Positions 56,258 to 64,000 of a stretch of 64,000 nt of DNA are shown in pieces. Source of the DNA: Lingula anatina (taxonomy: Eukaryota; Animalia; Brachiopoda); contig CM120649.1 of assembly GCA_051362555.1 (NCBI GenBank), positions 1,178,001-1,242,000 on the forward strand, in the 5' to 3' direction. Numbering within the stretch: position 1 is the stretch's first letter; every line of letters starts with the position of its first letter. The position numbers and the translations under genes were made by a program. Below the pieces are notes generated by a model. It did no database searches, was not told the DNA's origin, and saw only the letters and a program-made list of their open reading frames with translations.

Positions 56258-57410
56258 TTAAACGTTGCAAGTTTGCTAAAGTGCATACAGAAGCCAGCTA
56301 CCGCGAACAGCGTATAAACTAGTCACTTAATCATTCATGTGCGGTGAAATTCTTGATGCACCATCCCAGTAGACGAAACAAGCGATATTCAGGACAGATT
56401 TACTAATGCGTAAACAATTGGATACGACATGTCCGACTACTTCGTAGAAGAATGCCGAGTTCAAGGGGCTCATGGTTACTGCGAAAATCACTGTTAAAAG
56501 GAAACAACAACAACAAGATATTCTACTGATTGCACCTTTCCTAGCGATAAGAATTGCTGATAGTCAAACTCACGTAAACATGAAGAATTTAATCACACTT
56601 TGACATTAAGGTTTAAGAAAGAGAAAAAGTGTGCACATGAATTTATATGATACTCAATATGCTGCTTGCGTTCTAAAAAAAGTGAAGGAATATAAATCCA
56701 AAACATGGGAGAATTGATGCAAAATGACGCTTGATATTCTATATGATACTGAACATGTGCAGCATCTGCTTTAACAAGACAGCAAGTAAAAAAAAAAAAA
56801 CTTAATAAAACCTACACATCGGGAAAATAGTGTGAAAACGGGGTCTTGGTTTTCATCTAGATAAAAGACGCTAGTAAATTCTAAGATATACATGTATATA
56901 TACTGGATCACATAAATCCATCAAGGTGATCGTCAAAAGACAGCGGTGAAGGCTGCTATAGGGGTAGGCGTGCGGAGAGCATGAAGTACATTTCCTTACT
57001 TACAGACATTGCTTCTTTGTTCTACATTAATACTGATTGACGTCATCTACGTTTTTCTCCCTGTCCTCTTTCTCCTTCTAACGTGATCTGCTGCCATTGT
57101 TATTTTTTTATTTATAAATTGATAAACTAAAGTGACTGCTGGATTAATGAATTATACTATAACGCTTATTGTTACATTTAAACACTAAATCAAGAGAAAA
57201 TGTCAGTGCATCGATTTATCGTGGGTATGCTCCCCATCCCTAATAAATAAGCTTCTTACTCACCGATAATGGCGTCATTTGACTATACCCCAGGTGGCGC
57301 TCAGATCGCACACACGTCAGTCTTTTGAATTATGAATTTGATAATATCACGATACCATTTCCCTTCCCTCGATTTCATACATGTTAATTTGCCATATGTC
57401 TTTTAATCTG

Positions 57411-57500
57411 ACCAATCAGAAACTTCTGGAATGATTCACGAAGCTTGGTAGTGATGTCACTATAAAACCCCAATAGACCGTGAACTGAGTAGTCTTTGAG
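57411..57500 (+). promoter_or_regulatory. CCAAT + TATA promoter of the downstream secreted-protein gene
   Basis: ACCAATCAG at 57411, TATAAAA at 57461-57467, ATG at 57513 followed by donor TGG|GTAAGT. Confidence 0.6.
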
Positions 57501-57512
57501 GAAATATATCAG

Positions 57513-57866
57513 ATGAAGATGAAGATGAAGACTTTGGAGGCGATTATCTGGGTAAGTTACATGTACATGTATCTTTATTATTTCTAGTAGTGGAGGAACA
57601 CAAGACACATATACAAAAAAGCGAAAAATATAGCATTCTCTCTTTTAAGATAAATGTTGATTAGACAGCTAGGGCAAAGTGATTCGGCCGCTTACTCGTA
57701 TGTAGAAATTCGTACGCGTATACAAAAGGACAGCAAAACGGAAGAAATCCACTAATGAAATACTTGGACAGCTAAGGTGTCATACTTCTGCTTTAAGAAA
57801 AGCCTAATAATTATTTGATACATTTTAAGTGCGGCGTTTTCTGGCTTTAATCGTGTCATCATCATC

Positions 57867-57908
<42 letters not shown>

Positions 57909-60846
57909 CCTCACTGGTACTAAAACACAGTTTACAAAGACTGTGGCCAAGGCAATCTTGGTTTTTAATATACCGTGATAGCTTCAGGGGTAAATATAAG
58001 GAATGCGAAATCATATTAGTGGTTATTTATTCAGATATGTTGACATATGCTATATGCGGGCTCTGGCAAAGCAATTAAACTCTTATTCTCGTATCTCCCG
58101 TTTGATAAACAAGTCTAATTTTATAAAGCAACTGAATCTGAAAGTATCGAAAAGGCAATATTGAGTTTAAATGGCAAGTTACAAAATGTGTCATTTGTTC
58201 GAAATTGATTAACTACATGTATATACATGTATTTTTGCAACAGGTTTTATGACACAACCAACTACATAAACACAAATAGGAGAAGGTCATTAGCATTAAA
58301 GAGCACATGTAATCTTCTGCATTGATTAGCAAGACATAAAGACATATTCAAATAGACTGAGCAGAGTTGAAAAAAATAGCTAGTTCTATTTTATATTCAT
58401 ATGATTTGACACTTAAATTAAATACAAAACCATTGTGTTTGGCATTGGAAAAGGTTGCCTTCATATTCATTGGTTAAATTAGTGTGCCATGGTGATCGCA
58501 GTCCTGTAAAAGAAAATAGATAACCTTTAATGTAATCAGCGATGTCAGAGAAGGGGTCTTTTTCCTGAGGATTGGACCTTTTTATCCTGTCAGTTAACTC
58601 AAATTGAGAAATAGATAAAACGATGAAAAACTCGTGATGGGGAGAGTTTTTTTCTGCAACCAAATACAAATCTCCCAAACACCCCATGCCTTGCTTCGTG
58701 ACACTGACAGGGGAGAAACCCAAACGAAGGACAAGAAACATTCTGCTCTATTGATGTTGAATTTGCAGAGCAAAGTTCAGCAAAGTCACAAGTGGACCAT
58801 AACTACATTCTACCAGGGCCGCAGTTATTATTTTGTGGACATTTAGCTGCGCAACCCTGTAACCTTTGGCCAGATGGAAGCAATTAAATCTGTACGCGTG
58901 CAGGTGGCATTGTACCCGCTGTGCCGAAGCTCAGTGGGAGCCGATGTCATTATATGTGTAACGCTCGTTACGCAGCTTGTCTTTTCTGTCTGCTGAAACA
59001 AGTGGTTTGAAGGAACACCCTGAACTATGTCCCAAAATATAGATCTTCTATCCCAGCCCTGAAATAACAAGCCATTATTCATTAGGGGCTGTCACAGATG
59101 AGCGGTTAACTGGTTTGATTGCTGTCAAGGGGACTTGACAGGGACTTGATGAGTGACGGGGCCTGAGTAGTTACGTAAACATGTACAAGTCATGTAATCA
59201 TTGATAAGTGGCAGTGTCTGAGTAGTTATGCAAACATATACAAGTCATGTAACCTTCCTTGAGATTTCAGTACAATGTCACAGAACAGAAAAGCCATCCA
59301 TTTACCTGTAACCAGACACGCATCTGTAAATATCTACTGAATATCAATCTGTGGCCCTGGTAGACCATGGCAGTTAACATGTCAGACAATTAAGCTGATT
59401 ACACTGAGTGCACTTTACCAAGAATTCCCTGCTGAGTTTGGTTGATCCAGCTAGTTCGGTGTTATTTACCCCAGCCCTGAAGTAACAAGCCATTATTCAT
59501 AGGGGGCTGTTTTTATTGTCACAGATGAGCGGTTAACTGGTTTGATTGCTGTCAGGGGGACTTGACAGGGACTTGATAAGTGGCAGTGCCTGAGTAGTTA
59601 TGTAAACATGTACAAGTCATGTAATCATTGATAAGTGGCAGGGCCTGAGTAGTTACTCAAACATATGCCAGTCATCTGATTATCCTTGAGATTTCAGCAC
59701 GGTGCCATAGCACAGAAACGCCATCCATTTAAACAGAGACATATCTGTTAATATCTAGTCAAAAATCAATCCGTGGCCCTGGTATAGGGTACACCATTAC
59801 AGCCAACATGTCAGACAATTACGTTGATAACACTGAGTGCACTTTACCGAGAATTCCCTGCTGAGTTTGGTCGATCCAGCTGGATTAATGTTTAAATCTG
59901 AACGTGGTCTAACACCCCATTCTCATAGATTAGATCGACCTACATTGGATCGACCTAACTCCCTGGGGGTTCACGCTAAATAGCTGTCAGCCGGGCGGAC
60001 ACGAAAGTTAATTACCCCTTAAAGCTTGTAGTAGGCGGGGACGGACACTTAAGGGGGATTATCTGACAGTAATCTAGTGAGACTCCCCGCGGTGATAGAT
60101 CGATCTAAAAGTTGTGAGAACAGAGCCTAAGTGCTTAGAGAAGTCATATCGTTGAACTGCTCTTGGAAAATGGCCGCGATCCACGCACATTTGTTTAATG
60201 TGTCCAATACCTAAGGCAAATAATAATTAGATATATCATAGGCCATCTTGAACAAAACAATCATAGCTTATACATGTAGTTATCCTATTTGAGAAAGATT
60301 TTGCACATGAAGCTACAGATCTATTTTGCGTTTCAGTCTGTTTATGTGCAATTTCTGCTGAAGACAAAAAAAGTTCACTAACTACAAAATATACTTGCTG
60401 TTTACCTCTATAGATACTGATTAAATGCTTGGCTTGATTGGACTTGGAAAACAATTCATATGACGCCCAAACTCGTTGCTACCTACTTACATTTGTGTTG
60501 AATTTGTGATATTTACATGCATTTGCATAATATAAACATAATTTAAGTAATAACTTTTGATGAAATTTTAAATCTTGAGAGATGTTTGGAATGAGAGGCC
60601 AACAATGGCCATCTTGAACAATAATCTTGCAAAGATATACCGAATTCCATATTTTAATTCGACAATTGGAGACTTCGTTATAAGGTGTACGAATAACTGT
60701 AAAGAAATGCAAAAAAAAAAAAAAAAAAAAAATCTTATGATAGATAATGATTGTTCGATCTACTGTATTATAAATCGCAAGTACTTGCTCTGTGAGTTAT
60801 TATGATTATTGTTATTATCATCATTATCATTATAATTAATTAATTA

Positions 60847-60884
<38 letters not shown>

Positions 60885-63191
60885 CGTTTAAATGCAGGTC
60901 ATCTTCACGACGTGGACCATACACAGTTCAGTAGGGTTTCACACCGCAGACAATGTTATACCTTTACCTTCGGAGGAATATGTGTACAAGTGCCCGGTCC
61001 CAGGCGTCTTGGTTGCTACTGACGACTTGACGCCATTCGCTGAAATCGGAGTGGGCAAAATCATTACAAGCGAACAGAGCGGTGGTGTTTGCCACAAGGT
61101 GGTCAGAATGAAAGTCGACGGTAAGTTAAACTTGCGCTGTGCGATATTAAATTAAAGACTTTTCACATCCCTTACGAAAAAGTCCTATAGGATCCCATAA
61201 GATCCTATAGGATCCTATAGGAAATTGGGCCAATTTCCTATAGAATCCTATAGGATCTTATAGGATCCTATAGGACTTTTTCGCTAGGGATTGAGCGTTA
61301 GACCTTAGCGATAGGGCTGTACGGTATGATTTGAGAAATGTATAAGACAATAGCCTGAGTATATAAAGAATTTCAGGACAGCCGACAGGAAGACAGACAG
61401 AAACCATCAGGGGATTAAACGGCTTTGTTTTTAAGTGGGGTCGGCCATATTTAGTTGGCGGATCAGTTGGTCCTCGGATCATGTGTTCTGAATGTGCTCC
61501 TGGGCTGCATTCACAACAGCGGACTTACTGGTCTGCGGATCAAATATGGCCGACCCACTTGAATGCTTGTTGCATAATCATAATCTATTCAGTGTCTATA
61601 AGGGAATTAGACGGCAAGTTTGCAAATGGGTCGCCATGTTTGAATCACTGGCTATATAGACCGCTGTTCTGAATGCGGCCTATATAGGGACTCCGTTAGG
61701 TGAATATGTTACCCAACAAATATTGTATTACAATTGTCAACCTCACAATGTGGATTGGTCCAGTTAAGTGCCCTGCTCCATCAGATAAAAAACAAAGCAA
61801 GGATAAAACGATCGATGTAAAAAGGGTGTAGAGCTGCATCTGGAACCGAACCAATTTCGCAACCGTCGCAAAATTCGTTTAGATGCAAAATGTGGCGCTA
61901 CCAGGGATTTAAATGATAAAGAGGTGCATACAATTCGCCTATCATTTCCGATCAACGGAGCCCTGCGTAGTTAGGCCTATAATTGATGATTTTTAAATGT
62001 CTTTTGTTTTTGATTTTATAGCTAAATTCAATCCACGTCTATACATGGTAATCCATGTCGACAGAACAACCCCAGGGTCATTTTAACGGTAAAATAGTTT
62101 GTATCTTCAACGTACACAAATGTAACAAAAGTTACAAACGTGGACGCATGCTTTGTACATGTATATTATAAAGAAATCCTTAATCGTTTCCTTATGTTCA
62201 ATGCTGAATATAGGTGCCGTCAAGCTACTTGCGACACAAGAAGTTACAGGTAATGAGTTATTCACCGACGTGCAGGATAACGACGTCCTCGATGTGGTAG
62301 AGGTGATTCCCAGTCTGAAAGCAATCGAACACGAACCCGAACCTTGCCTTTACCACACTCTTATGAATTACAATCCTAACATGCAACCGGTCAGCCTGAA
62401 CGGGTTTGACTACAACGTTTATTCCTACAACGAAGCAGACCCGAGCTACGATCCAAACCTGCCGGGTGGGACTCCGCCGAGTGAATTTGCTCACGTGCTC
62501 ATCTTAAGCAACGTTACAGTGCACAAACTACAAGGTAAAGTATGTCGTCAACTCCGTGTGATCTAGGCCCCCTTTACACTGGACGCGCACCATCCTTCTA
62601 CGATCTTTGTGCGACCATGACACTGGCATCGCTGTGGTCGTAGAAAAGAGGCACATGTATCGCTTTGGTTGCAAAATGAATTCTCAACGATCGGCTAGGG
62701 GTCAGTATGTAAGGTATTATTTTTTTACTCTCAATCGGGACCGTAGTACGAGACGCAGAAAGGACGCCGTCCAGTGTAAAGGAGGTTTTTAAGTGGCTGA
62801 TTTAAACCAGCATATAATATATAAATGCAGGCATATGAAGTCAAAAGTCAACCAGGGCGGTTTGAATTCCTTTAGTAGAAGAAACACGATAATTTAAAAT
62901 CTTCTTTTATGATCTTTATAATATTTTAAATGTAAACTTTTCAGATATTTCTATAAGGAAGTGCGTCGGACATAAGTATGATATAGAGCACAGGGAAGAA
63001 GTGGATTCTCATTATGCAGTAATGAGGGTAGAAGAGGCCCCTCCCGTGAAACCAGGAGATATTATAGTTAGCAACGACTGTGAAGGATTTGTGGAAACTG
63101 TCAGCAGCGTGCAGAGTGGGGACAGAAGTTCGTACATTCGATCGGACTTGACTCACTGTGAAATATTTGAAAACGGGGACACTGCATTGGA
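57513..63191 (+). CDS. Uncharacterised secreted protein, 3'-incomplete; exons 57513-57551, 60898-61120, 62214-62534, 62945-63191, continuing
   Basis: Four open exons with GT-AG sites and matching phases (0,1,1,2); exons 1+2 join to give signal-peptide-like MKTLEAIIWVIFTTWTIHSSVG; exons are GC-richer than introns. Confidence 0.8.
59052..59881. repeat. ~420-bp tandem duplication (2 copies)
   Basis: CCCAGCCCTGAA.TAACAAGCCATTATTCAT at ~59052 and ~59470; both end GAATTCCCTGCTGAGTTTGGT.GATCCAGCT. Confidence 0.9.
59913..60127. mobile_element. Harbinger/Tourist-like MITE family A
   Basis: TAA TSD both sides; homologous to 2211-2406. Confidence 0.8.
61169..61289. mobile_element. Palindromic MITE (CCC..GGG, 2-bp AT TSD; EnSpm/CACTA-like)
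   Basis: Near-perfect ~120-bp hairpin built of 10-bp ATCCTATAGG units. Confidence 0.75.
61502..61681. mobile_element. Harbinger-like MITE (family of 48653)
   Basis: GGGCTGCATTCACAACAGCGG...CCGCTGTTCTGAATGCGGCC TIR. Confidence 0.75.
62565..62789. mobile_element. Harbinger-like MITE (family of 51996)
   Basis: CCCCCTTTACACTGGACG...CGTCCAGTGTAAAGGAGG; internal sequence is the reverse complement of the 51996 copy. Confidence 0.8.
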
Positions 63192-64000
63192 GTAAGTTTT
63201 CTTCACTGGAAATTGCTTTTAAATTGTCTGTTTTTGTTTGAATTGAGAGAGAGAGAGAGAGCGAGAGAGACCGGAAAAAATAAAATAGTAAGAATGGAAG
63301 GCCAGGAGAAACTGTACATCTGTAAATGTACACTTTGGAGTCAAAACTATTATTTGGTAGAAAAAATATAATGAAGTAGTTTTCAGCGGAATTGCATTCG
63401 ATTGTTTGGATAAATGACGAGTCATAAAAGGCAATTTTTTTATGTTGGTAATAATAATGACAAGAAAAAAATGTTATCAGAGTCGGTTAGACTAAGAACT
63501 TGAACTTGACTCTGGGATATTATTATGCATCGTAGTTTGAATTCGAGATGGAGTCGATGTAACGTGACAGAGAGTCCCCTGTTGTTACACTATTGTGAGA
63601 CCAAACACTTACCAGTAGCAACTAAAGTACATTCTCTAATTTAAAACGTACACTTATAATGTAACAATAAAGTGTGAATGACATCACTGTTATAAAATAA
63701 CATAAATGCCATATGCTTACTTTTTTGCTATAGTCTAAGGTTTCCTAAGCGAAGGTCCTGCCTGTCTCACTACTTTTAAAATGTCTGCCTAACTCGGCAC
63801 AGAAAAGGCTAGAGGGTCACGAGGACTACTTCTCACTTATGCAAATTATAAGTGGAGAGGCTGAGATTGTGCTAGTTGTGCTTCTAGTACTTCCGGTGCA
63901 ATCACTGCAACTACAATATCTGTTGTCATAGTCTGCTAAGCGCGTAAATCAATACATTTGAGAATTTTGGAACTGGCAGACATTGCAATTAGAGCTTAGG

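Overview
AT-rich, intron-rich metazoan genomic DNA, probably a marine invertebrate (lophotrochozoan-like repeat content; taxon not determinable from sequence alone). It is not prokaryotic, and most ORFs in the supplied track are spurious. Manual splicing supports these genes: (1) the 5' exons of an unidentified minus-strand gene running off the left edge, head-to-head with (2) a 6-exon, 203-aa short-form aprataxin (HIT + C2H2 zinc finger, no FHA) whose last intron (~9.9 kb) is filled with a Kolobok-like element and Helentron/HINE-like satellite arrays; (3) a single-coding-exon Fem-1-like ankyrin protein; (4) three tandem secreted coiled-coil + fibrinogen-domain (FReD) lectin-like genes; (5) the first four exons of an unknown secreted protein with a duplicated module resembling bacterial surface proteins. 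The FReD cluster is the most interesting system. Its stalk is built from 11-aa and 7-aa modules and varies in length, its ligand-pocket residues differ between copies, an AP-1/STAT promoter module is conserved, copy 3 has an in-frame extra exon, and gene-less relic duplicates follow the cluster. Many non-autonomous DNA transposons with recognisable TIRs/TSDs are present. No rRNA, tRNA or CRISPR array was recognised. All coordinates were read by eye.
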